A stretch of 64,000 bases of DNA from a virus (lineage: Duplodnaviria; Caudoviricetes), in the IMG/VR virus record IMGVR_UViG_3300020352_000789, positions 7,929 through 71,928 of that record; one strand, given 5' to 3'. The position numbers and the translations under genes are program-made. A model generated the notes under the pieces. That model did not search any database, had not been told where the DNA came from, and was given only the letters and a program-made list of their open reading frames with translations. Shown one piece after another: positions 57,673-64,000 of the stretch; within the stretch, counting starts at the first letter, position 1; each line of letters begins with the position of its first letter.

Positions 57673-58359
57673 ATGGCGAAATTAGATAATGTAAGTGATG
57701 TATTTGCAAATGCAAGCGTCACTACCCAGAGTACTTCGGTAGCTGCTGGTAACTTAGTAATTCCAACAGGCGATTTACCAAGATTTAATCAAGGTAATAA
57801 TGTTGCTGAAGGTGCAGAAGTAGTATATGCTTTACTTGCTGCTATGCACTCAGCAGTAAATGCTGCTGGTAATACAAATAGTAGCGTAAGTGCTGGTGTG
57901 AATAACACCTTTAATTCTAGTGCTTTAACAATGACTAGAGAATTTAGTTTTAATACTACTCTTGATCTTAGTGCTAAACTTGATGATTTTGATGTTAAAT
58001 TAGACCCTAGTAATATTGTACCAAATACTACTATTGCTGTTGATCCAGCCAGCTTTAGTTATGCTAAAGATACTCATAACAATACTACTAACATCTCTAC
58101 TGTTACGGTAACGAGCGATGGAGCAAATGTTGCCCCATCACAACTGGGTAGTGATTTCAGCATAACAGCTACATCAAGTCAAGGCACTTGGGAGGTTGTT
58201 AATGATGGGTCTGACAATCATGTACTTAGGTTGACAAATCATGCGGCAGTAGCTAATGCCACTTATGCTGTTGTTGTCTCATTAAATGACTTGAGACTTG
58301 GTTTTGATCAAACACCTGCGGTAACTGCACAAGTTAACGTAACAATAGCAGATAGTTAA
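57673..58359 (+). CDS. Putative virion structural/decoration protein with C-terminal Ig/cadherin-like domain
   Basis: GGAG RBS; Thr/Ala/Asn/Val-rich beta pattern; YAVVVSLND…AQVNVTIAD end; own terminator. Confidence 0.6.
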   Translation: MAKLDNVSDVFANASVTTQSTSVAAGNLVIPTGDLPRFNQGNNVAEGAEVVYALLAAMHSAVNAAGNTNSSVSAGVNNTFNSSALTMTREFSFNTTLDLSAKLDDFDVKLDPSNIVPNTTIAVDPASFSYAKDTHNNTTNISTVTVTSDGANVAPSQLGSDFSITATSSQGTWEVVNDGSDNHVLRLTNHAAVANATYAVVVSLNDLRLGFDQTPAVTAQVNVTIADS

Positions 58360-58391
58360 TTTATAATTTATTTTAATTATATTTTTAAGAG

Positions 58392-58418
58392 ACCCCCGGA
58401 TTCGTCTGGGGGTTTTTT
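58392..58418 (+). terminator. Intrinsic terminator with UUCG loop
   Basis: ACCCCCGGA-TTCG-TCTGGGGGT followed by a T-run. Confidence 0.88.
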
Positions 58419-58602
58419 ATTGTCTAAATTCAATATTAGTTATCTTATTAGTCTCCTGACTATCTATTATTTTCTTAATATCTATAACTAATACATAATC
58501 TTTAAGATCGCCATATTCCTTATTATATTCACCCACATATTCCCCTATCTTTTTGCATAAACTATTACAATCAATATTTTTATTCAATGTAAGTGATATC
58601 AT
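58417..58602 (-). CDS. Hypothetical protein
   Basis: Converges on the terminator. Confidence 0.55.
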   Translation of the reverse strand: MISLTLNKNIDCNSLCKKIGEYVGEYNKEYGDLKDYVLVIDIKKIIDSQETNKITNIEFRQ

Positions 58603-58663
58603 AACTCGCTGACTACCAGCATGGGGGCGATCCTATTAGTTTAGATGTTACAAATTAATTCCA

Positions 58664-59020
58664 TTAATTTTTTAAATAGTAATACCACCAACGATAAAAG
58701 TCTCCGAAAGTGCATCCACTATTATCTATTTTAATATTACTATAACATCTAACTTCTTCACTATCTTTTCTTGTGTAGTATACGTTAAATGTTCTACTAG
58801 CATGAGGATAGTAGTTAGTAGATTTTAGCTCTACAGAAACTATATCTATATCTATATCCTCTTTAGAAACATCTTGTTCTAAATTATGTACAACATATAT
58901 AGCAGATTGTTCTTGCCTATTCAAAGGATCAGGAACATAAATCATATCTACATAAAGAATCAACAAAAATATAAAAACTAAAAGAGCATATATTCCAATA
59001 AGATATTTTATAATTCTCAT
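58664..59020 (-). CDS. Membrane-anchored hypothetical protein
   Basis: N-terminal helix; AGGA RBS. Confidence 0.6.
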   Translation of the reverse strand: MRIIKYLIGIYALLVFIFLLILYVDMIYVPDPLNRQEQSAIYVVHNLEQDVSKEDIDIDIVSVELKSTNYYPHASRTFNVYYTRKDSEEVRCYSNIKIDNSGCTFGDFYRWWYYYLKN

Positions 59021-59172
59021 AATAACTTCCTATAAGCCTAGCCCAGCCATAAAACAGTTATACAGTATAATAGTTTAAACTGGTCAATGTGCAAGGTATA
59101 TTTTCAAAAGTCTTCTAAACTCACTGACTACCAACATCTGTCCAATCTGAATAGATTAGGTAGTACAAACCT

Positions 59173-59442
59173 TTAGGCATTAAGAACACCAGAAGAAAGT
59201 TTAGGATATTCATCCACAATAGTTATCTTAAGGTCTTTATTAATCTTAGCAAAACAACTATATGTTATTCTCTGACCTTCACACCCATCTTTATCTATCT
59301 TGGTATAAACATTCACTCTATACCTATCTGAATAAAGATTGATAGCTTTACAAGTGACTAGATTATCTGGTTTGCCTATGATACTTAGTATCTTGTCACA
59401 AATCACACCATTAGTTTCCGTACTTACTGGGTTTCGTTGCAT
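59173..59442 (-). CDS. Hypothetical protein
   Basis: AGGTGG RBS; LYSDRYRVNVY. Confidence 0.65.
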   Translation of the reverse strand: MQRNPVSTETNGVICDKILSIIGKPDNLVTCKAINLYSDRYRVNVYTKIDKDGCEGQRITYSCFAKINKDLKITIVDEYPKLSSGVLNA

Positions 59443-59577
59443 AATCTGCCACCTTTCGTTAGTTGTAAATTTAAGATTGGTTTTCTAATTGACAGAATCA
59501 GAGATATAGATTAATATTTATGCAGGTCGGGTGGTTATAATATATACCTAACCTACTAATATAATACACTATATTCC

Positions 59578-59832
59578 CTATTCTTCTGCCTCAAAATAGT
59601 TATTACGAATTGCTTGCATACAAATTTTCTCCTGTAGACTAAAATAGTTTAAAAGAGAAGGTAATAGTCTAGAAATTGTCCAACAAATATAAGCAAGGAA
59701 TATTGCCCCAAGTACAGTTAGAAAATCAGTACTTTTTATTTGAAAAAAATCTATTGACAAAATCTCACAAACCTTTATAATTCCTGCTAAAACAAATAAT
59801 AATCCTAATAAATTAAATGACGGGTATCTCAT
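59578..59832 (-). CDS. Two-helix membrane protein
   Basis: GGAGG RBS; two hydrophobic segments. Confidence 0.6.
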   Translation of the reverse strand: MRYPSFNLLGLLFVLAGIIKVCEILSIDFFQIKSTDFLTVLGAIFLAYICWTISRLLPSLLNYFSLQEKICMQAIRNNYFEAEE

Positions 59833-59991
59833 TCAAACCTCCACGAATAATAGAAACAATATTGCTAGAACTATCAAAATTCACTCCTCCTGTTGACACG
59901 ATAGAATAATTGGCTATAATAAATACGTAGGACAGGACTAGCCCACTGTTCTCAATTATAACATATGGGACAGGTCTGTACAATACTTTGA

Positions 59992-60249
59992 CTATTGTGT
60001 GGTACTTTCGTTATTGAAACCAATATTAGGAATCAAAGAACCTAGGTACAAACCCACACTAATATCTTTGTTACTGTAACATTCTCCATCACCATAAATA
60101 GGTAATTTTTTACAACAGGAATCTATACTCTTAACATACCTATCAGTATAGGCAGCACCCTGTTCATAATTGGTAAAACATTTGACTTTTACTGGTATAT
60201 TATTTCTACAGACAATAAATTGCCATATACATTCATTTTCTTCTTGCAT
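59992..60249 (-). CDS. Hypothetical protein
   Basis: AGGAGG RBS. Confidence 0.65.
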   Translation of the reverse strand: MQEENECIWQFIVCRNNIPVKVKCFTNYEQGAAYTDRYVKSIDSCCKKLPIYGDGECYSNKDISVGLYLGSLIPNIGFNNESTTQ

Positions 60250-60352
60250 AACTAAAGTGCCTCCTATATTCGCTGACTATAACCATCCAGACCAAACCTT
60301 ATGGTTCGGGTGGGACAATAATAAACAGCATTATTATGATGATAGATCGTAT

Positions 60353-60380
60353 ATAAGTCATTATTGGTAAACAACTTACG
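60353..60380. repeat. Palindrome copy 1: ATAAGTCATT-7-AACAACTTACG
   Basis: Inverted arms around a 7-bp spacer. Confidence 0.7.
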
Positions 60381-60393
60381 TCTACCCTATACC

Positions 60394-60422
60394 ATTATAT
60401 CGTCTTTCACCTCCCATGTCCA
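60394..60422 (-). promoter_or_regulatory. Sigma70-like promoter
   Basis: TGGACA-17-TATAAT. Confidence 0.65.
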
Positions 60423-60435
60423 TTAGGAAATCGTG

Positions 60436-60464
60436 CGTAACCCCTTGATACATAAGGACTTACG
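60436..60464. repeat. Palindrome copy 2: CGTAACCCCTT-7-AAGGACTTACG
   Basis: 9/11 arm symmetry. Confidence 0.75.
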
Positions 60465-60500
60465 TTTTATAATATATATACTTAATTTGGGGGGTGACGC

Positions 60501-60542
60501 GCGGCCGGGAATCAGCTAAGTCCTTTATTGACAAGTACTTAT
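60501..60542. repeat. Palindrome copy 3: GCGGCCGGG-N6-CTAAGTCCTT-7-AAGTACTTAT
   Basis: 8/9 core arm symmetry plus GC-rich flank. Confidence 0.75.
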
Positions 60543-60554
60543 AGATATAAAGAA

Positions 60555-60588
60555 GGAGGGCCAACCCTGTTTCCAAGGCTGACCCTCC
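60555..60588 (-). terminator. Intrinsic terminator of DUF932 gene
   Basis: 15-bp stem GGAGGGTCAGCCTTG-GAAA-CAGGGTTGGCCCTCC then TTCTT. Confidence 0.8.
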
Positions 60589-60613
60589 CGACACGCACCA
60601 CGAAAGGAGAGCG

Positions 60614-61561
60614 TTATATAGCGTTGGCATACTCTGTGGCGAGATTCAACGCTCTGACATTATCACTGCCGTTCTGACCAAACCACAGGCTTTCCATGCG
60701 GTTGTTGGTATTACGACCCTTGGTGTAATTAAGATACTCGTTGAAGCCATTATAGGCTGCCCACCAAGTACCTCTGACACCTTGCATTGACTGCTTTGGA
60801 CCCTCGATAGTGCCAAGAATCTCGTCGAGAATATTCTTAGTACGGGTCTTTAGGTCTTCGTCATGGGTCTTATCAACATTCAACAAGGTCTTGACATATC
60901 TACGAACGTCAGCCTGATTGAAATCTCGACTAGCAAGGAATCGGAATTGTTCAGCAGTAGCTTCAAACTGTCCGTTGATATTGTCCATGATATCACGAAC
61001 CCCATCAAGATTAGCTGCTGCACTTTTGGTATGTCTAATACGCAGGAGTTTGCTTACGCCGCTCTGGTGAGCGAAAGCCAATGTATTGACACAGACAACA
61101 CGAATCGGAGTATAACCTACACGAATAGCGGTTGTGCCATCGTGACTATTGGAGAGAAGAATAAACTTCTGCACCTCGTCACCCTTGACAATTTCGCTAG
61201 GGTCACGATTCAGTTGAGCCAATGCCCAAACCTTTTGACCGCTACTTAACGATCCACCAGTATGCAGGGTGCATTCACCGGCATCTACGAACGGCTGAAA
61301 CCATTCAAAGGCATCTTTATTCTGGAGAGGGACATATCTTGGTCCGACTACTCCAAGAATGCTATTGTCGCTTTTGCGATATGTAGCTTTTGCAGGAACA
61401 TCGTAACCGTCTTTGGTTACAAGATCTTTGACTCCAACTTCCCAATCTAAACCAGAAGCCTCGATAGCTTCACTGATTGTCGGAGCATCTTCCAACTTTT
61501 CACCAAGTCCGTGCCACGGAGTAGCACCTGTGTAAAACATAGATTCAACATTAGCAGCCAT
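60614..61561 (-). CDS. DUF932 family phage/plasmid protein
   Basis: TPWHGLG…A…AGLDWEV, LGVVG.RY.PLQN.DAF, SNSHDGT, TPIRVVC.NTL, IRHT, W.AYN. Confidence 0.93.
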   Translation of the reverse strand: MAANVESMFYTGATPWHGLGEKLEDAPTISEAIEASGLDWEVGVKDLVTKDGYDVPAKATYRKSDNSILGVVGPRYVPLQNKDAFEWFQPFVDAGECTLHTGGSLSSGQKVWALAQLNRDPSEIVKGDEVQKFILLSNSHDGTTAIRVGYTPIRVVCVNTLAFAHQSGVSKLLRIRHTKSAAANLDGVRDIMDNINGQFEATAEQFRFLASRDFNQADVRRYVKTLLNVDKTHDEDLKTRTKNILDEILGTIEGPKQSMQGVRGTWWAAYNGFNEYLNYTKGRNTNNRMESLWFGQNGSDNVRALNLATEYANAI

Positions 61562-61600
61562 TTCGTTTCCTTTTCGTTAGTGGTTACTTGCTATGTCCTA

Positions 61601-61628
61601 AGTATATCATATATATCGTCATTGTCAA
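61601..61628 (-). promoter_or_regulatory. Sigma70-like promoter of DUF932
   Basis: TTGACA-16-extended TATACT. Confidence 0.75.
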
Positions 61629-61657
61629 CAATAATCTTTAGGAAAAAATTTAACAAG

Positions 61658-61700
61658 CGTAAGTCGTTGTCAGAAAACAACTTACAGAGAACCCGGCCGC
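61658..61700. repeat. Palindrome copy 4: CGTAAGTCGTT-7-AACAACTTAC-N6-CCCGGCCGC
   Basis: 9/10 arm symmetry; inverted counterpart of copy 3. Confidence 0.75.
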
Positions 61701-61710
61701 TCGAATTGCC

Positions 61711-62190
61711 TTAAAGATATTCGATACCTAAATCTTTTTTACAGTACTCTGGATGTCTTCTGTATGTAGATTCTTCTGGAATATAGCAATACACTCCCAA
61801 GCATTTAGATCGTGGTACTTCGTTTTTTATACTGTTGATTATATATTTCACAGTATTTCCAGAGCATATTAAATCATCAACTATGATATAGTTTTTAGCA
61901 GGAGTTCCTTCTACGATAAATTCACTATATCCTCCAGTATCCTTACGAACTAGGATGATATTTTTCTTCAGCAATTCTGCTATTTGTGGAACCACTAACA
62001 TACCACTGGCACCACAGCAGGCTATTGCAGTATATTCTAAATCGAGTTTATTTAAATGCACATAGGCATCCATTACTACTTTATTACGATACCTATGATT
62101 GAGTATCTTACTAGTATGTGCAGCACCTTGAATTACTTCACCATTCTCAGTTCTGCGATATTCATCTAGTTGTTGCTGTAATATATTCAT
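61711..62190 (-). CDS. Type I phosphoribosyltransferase
   Basis: PRPP-binding IIVDDLICSGNT; G.SG…P.IA…LVRK. Confidence 0.85.
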   Translation of the reverse strand: MNILQQQLDEYRRTENGEVIQGAAHTSKILNHRYRNKVVMDAYVHLNKLDLEYTAIACCGASGMLVVPQIAELLKKNIILVRKDTGGYSEFIVEGTPAKNYIIVDDLICSGNTVKYIINSIKNEVPRSKCLGVYCYIPEESTYRRHPEYCKKDLGIEYL

Positions 62191-62192
62191 AG

Positions 62193-62265
62193 TACCCCCA
62201 GTAGGACTCGAACCTACAACATACGGTTTAAAAGACCGCTACTCTACCGATTGAGTTATGAGGGC
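62193..62265 (-). tRNA. trnK: tRNA-Lys(TTT)
   Basis: Acceptor GCCCTCA/TGGGGGT; anticodon loop CTTTTAA; TTCGAGT T loop; no CCA. Confidence 0.92.
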
Positions 62266-62273
62266 GAACGAAG

Positions 62274-62345
62274 CTGCCCCGATAGGACTCGAACCTATAA
62301 CCTAGCGGTTAACAGCCGCTCGCTCTACCATTGAGCTACAGGGCA
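62274..62345 (-). tRNA. trnN: tRNA-Asn(GTT)
   Basis: Acceptor TGCCCTG/CGGGGCA, G73; loop CTGTTAA; no CCA. Confidence 0.93.
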
Positions 62346-62349
62346 AAAA

Positions 62350-62420
62350 CTACGGGACAGGGACTCGAACCCCGACTAAAGGTACCAAAAACCCATGTGC
62401 TACCATTACACCATCCCGTA
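62350..62420 (-). tRNA. trnQ: tRNA-Gln(TTG)
   Basis: U1-A72 acceptor TACGGGA/TCCCGTA, G73; loop TTTTGGT; no CCA. Confidence 0.85.
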
Positions 62421-62567
62421 ATTCATGAGTAATCGGCTATTGCTTTTCTCCTTTCATCCAATCTGGTGCGAACTCTGCGAAGCCTGTTATCGTGATAACC
62501 AGAACCAGAACGATGGCCGTTGTGTCCACGCGATACCTCCCAAGGTTTTTTAGTTGAAACTCTAATC

Positions 62568-62852
62568 TTACCGTACTTGCTCATTCTCCACCTCAATATC
62601 TAAAGTGAGTTCGCTTAATTCTCCATCTAAGGAGTTCATGTATGCCTGACCTAGATCTTCAAGGATATAGCAATCCTTCTCGTCTTCAGTCAGAGCCATA
62701 TATTCTTCGCCTGTAATGATATGCGAATTGAAGTCTTGACCTAGTAGACCAAGCTCATTTTTTAGAGCCTCTCCACCAATATACTGGAAAGTAGTTTTAG
62801 CTGGGTCGCACTCAATCCAACCAGAAAACTCAAGAATCATTCTATCACTCAT
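62568..62852 (-). CDS. Hypothetical acidic protein
   Basis: GGAG RBS before ATG 62852. Confidence 0.65.
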   Translation of the reverse strand: MSDRMILEFSGWIECDPAKTTFQYIGGEALKNELGLLGQDFNSHIITGEEYMALTEDEKDCYILEDLGQAYMNSLDGELSELTLDIEVENEQVR

Positions 62853-63097
62853 CGCTAAGTTTCTCCACAATAAGGTCACAGATCAAATCAATAGTGCTTG
62901 CGTCACTACGTCCATCAAGGATTGCTCTAATATCCTCTTGCATTTGTTCACAAAGTTCGTTCACTTTCTGCTCCAATCTCTGAACAATTCCAATCGAACA
63001 CCCACATCCATTGTATCATTTATTGGTCTGTTGTCAAGATGTATAGTTTTGTTACAGGTGAATGCGCATTTAGTTGTTACGCACCCAGAACAGAAAA

Positions 63098-63265
63098 TTA
63101 GGACGAACGCCAAACATAGTCGATATACCATTCCACCACCTCCTTAAGACTAATATCGTCATCCTCAAGGATTTTCTTTACCTTATCTGTCTCGATTTGA
63201 TTCATCACACTCATCTTGTGATTAAGGTAACTTAGAATCGTCCCAATTTTTTTATCTTTATCCAT
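63098..63265 (-). CDS. Hypothetical protein starting 2 nt after tRNA-Arg
   Basis: MDKDKKIG…; GGAG from the tRNA acceptor strand lies 5 nt upstream. Confidence 0.6.
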   Translation of the reverse strand: MDKDKKIGTILSYLNHKMSVMNQIETDKVKKILEDDDISLKEVVEWYIDYVWRSS

Positions 63266-63267
63266 AA

Positions 63268-63339
63268 TAGCTCCGGCGAGAATCGAACTCACATCGACGG
63301 TTTAGAAGACCGCTGTTCTATCCGTTGAACTACGGAGCC
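63268..63339 (-). tRNA. trnR: tRNA-Arg(TCT)
   Basis: Acceptor GGCTCCG/CGGAGCT; loop CTTCTAA; T arm GTGAG-TTCGATT-CTCGC; no CCA. Confidence 0.92.
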
Positions 63340-63343
63340 AAAA

Positions 63344-63396
63344 GAAGGCCAGACCTACAGTCTTGGAAATCCCCATTGACGCTGTAGGCCTGACCC
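63344..63396 (-). terminator. Long hairpin/terminator between the 63404 gene and tRNA-Arg
   Basis: AGGGTCAGGCCTACAG…CTGTAGGTCTGGCCTT then CTTTT. Confidence 0.6.
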
Positions 63397-63403
63397 TTTT
63401 TGA

Positions 63404-63661
63404 TTATACAGCAGGTACGGTCTCGATCTTCGACTTGATTGCCTTGTGAGCATCACCAGCCGACTTTGCGTCGATACCAAACTTACGGTTACGAGCAACC
63501 TTCCAACCCTGTTCTGAATACTCCTTAACACCATCGGACTTGCAAAGAGCGAGAGTTTCTTCAGGGAGTGCTTCAACCAAAGCCTGTCGAATGGTATCCT
63601 CTACCACTTCACAATCAAGAGCCGTTGCCGCAATCGTCACGTTGAATGAAAAAGCCTTCAT
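63404..63661 (-). CDS. Hypothetical protein
   Basis: GGAG RBS before ATG 63661. Confidence 0.7.
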   Translation of the reverse strand: MKAFSFNVTIAATALDCEVVEDTIRQALVEALPEETLALCKSDGVKEYSEQGWKVARNRKFGIDAKSAGDAHKAIKSKIETVPAV

Positions 63662-63724
63662 ATCTAATCTCCAATATTGAACCAAAAGTAAGTAACTTGC
63701 ACGGTGCTTGCCACTTGTACTATC

Positions 63725-63752
63725 ATTCTATCATATATTATCGTCCTGTCAA
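63725..63752 (-). promoter_or_regulatory. Sigma70-like promoter
   Basis: TTGACA-16-extended TAGAAT. Confidence 0.7.
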
Positions 63753-63791
63753 GGGTATTATCTTGAGGAAAGGTTAAAAAAAATTATTACA

Positions 63792-63819
63792 CGTAAGTTG
63801 TTGATGGGTATATACTTAG
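63792..63819. repeat. Palindrome copy 5: CGTAAGTTGTT-7-ATATACTTAG, with GCGGCCGG at 63831
   Basis: Degenerate right arm; same TAAGT/ACTTA core and spacing. Confidence 0.6.
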
Positions 63820-64000
63820 GTATGATCCTTGCGGCCGGATTGGGTATAAAAAAACCGCCTGGCCCCATGAAACAATATCAGGATAGGTCTTACAGGCGGT
63901 TTATGTTGTTGGACGGGGAGGGGTTATTTTATTACCTCCAAATTTTCAGGGTATGATATGTCATGGTCCCTACTTTTAACCACTATCTCAAGACTGTATG

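Noticed and set aside
1789-63576. Many 60-130-aa opposite-strand ORFs in the track (e.g. 1789, 2189, 4452, 7776, 13416, 18249, 47816, 51206, 60863, 63355)
   Set aside because: Fully nested antisense to well-supported genes, with no RBS or recognisable motifs.
60353-63819. Palindromes as a CRISPR array or canonical dif sites
   Set aside because: Spacing is irregular (about 80 bp to 2 kb) with genes between copies; arms do not match XerC/XerD boxes and the spacer is 7 bp, not 6.
63708-63956. Plus-strand 82-aa ORF at the window end
   Set aside because: Overlaps a minus-strand promoter and palindrome copy 5; no RBS or coding character.
1-64000. Stop-codon reassignment, as in some large phages
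   Set aside because: Long conserved genes are uninterrupted under the standard code and TAA, TAG and TGA all end genes; no suppressor tRNA seen.
1-64000. Diversity-generating retroelement, retron or IS element
   Set aside because: No reverse transcriptase, transposase or template/variable repeat pair was recognised.
1-64000. Bacterial chromosome or eukaryotic giant virus origin
   Set aside because: No ribosomal or housekeeping operons; SD sites, sigma70 promoters, tmRNA and rIIA/B fit a bacteriophage. This remains an inference because no capsid or terminase gene is in the window.

Overview
AT-rich (roughly 30% GC by eye, higher in parts of the last 3.5 kb), gene-dense segment that reads as part of a large tailed dsDNA phage genome in the standard genetic code. 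The phage call rests on rIIA/rIIB, DUF932, ThyX, ATP-dependent ligase, CCA-less tRNAs and dozens of tiny ORFs; no capsid or terminase gene is in the window. The host is probably a Planctomycete, inferred from DUF1559, DUF1501 and PSD1/cytochrome-c genes. Layout: 1-9.8 kb is a mostly plus-strand glycan-modification block (methyltransferases, GT60/GT25/GT9/GT29-like enzymes, a split HldE-like pathway). 9.8-57.3 kb is minus strand: proteases, an actin-fold ATPase, RuvB, rIIA/B, NDP-sugar enzymes, tRNA-Leu, a sulfotransferase/glycosyltransferase block, ligase, tmRNA, UvsE, ThyX and a PSD1-DUF1501-ferredoxin operon. One isolated plus-strand structural-type gene sits at 57.7 kb. The right end is early-type, with DUF932, a PRTase, four tRNAs and five copies of an inverted repeat with a 7-bp spacer. 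Most notable: the planctomycete cytochrome/DUF1501/ferredoxin operon, the actin plus membrane-partner pair, the palindromes bracketing DUF932, start codons 2-3 nt after tRNA/tmRNA 3' ends, complementary motifs flanking rIIA-rIIB, and two promoter classes (sigma70-like with a CGATA element, and GGTGTA). Family names come from motif recognition, not database searches.
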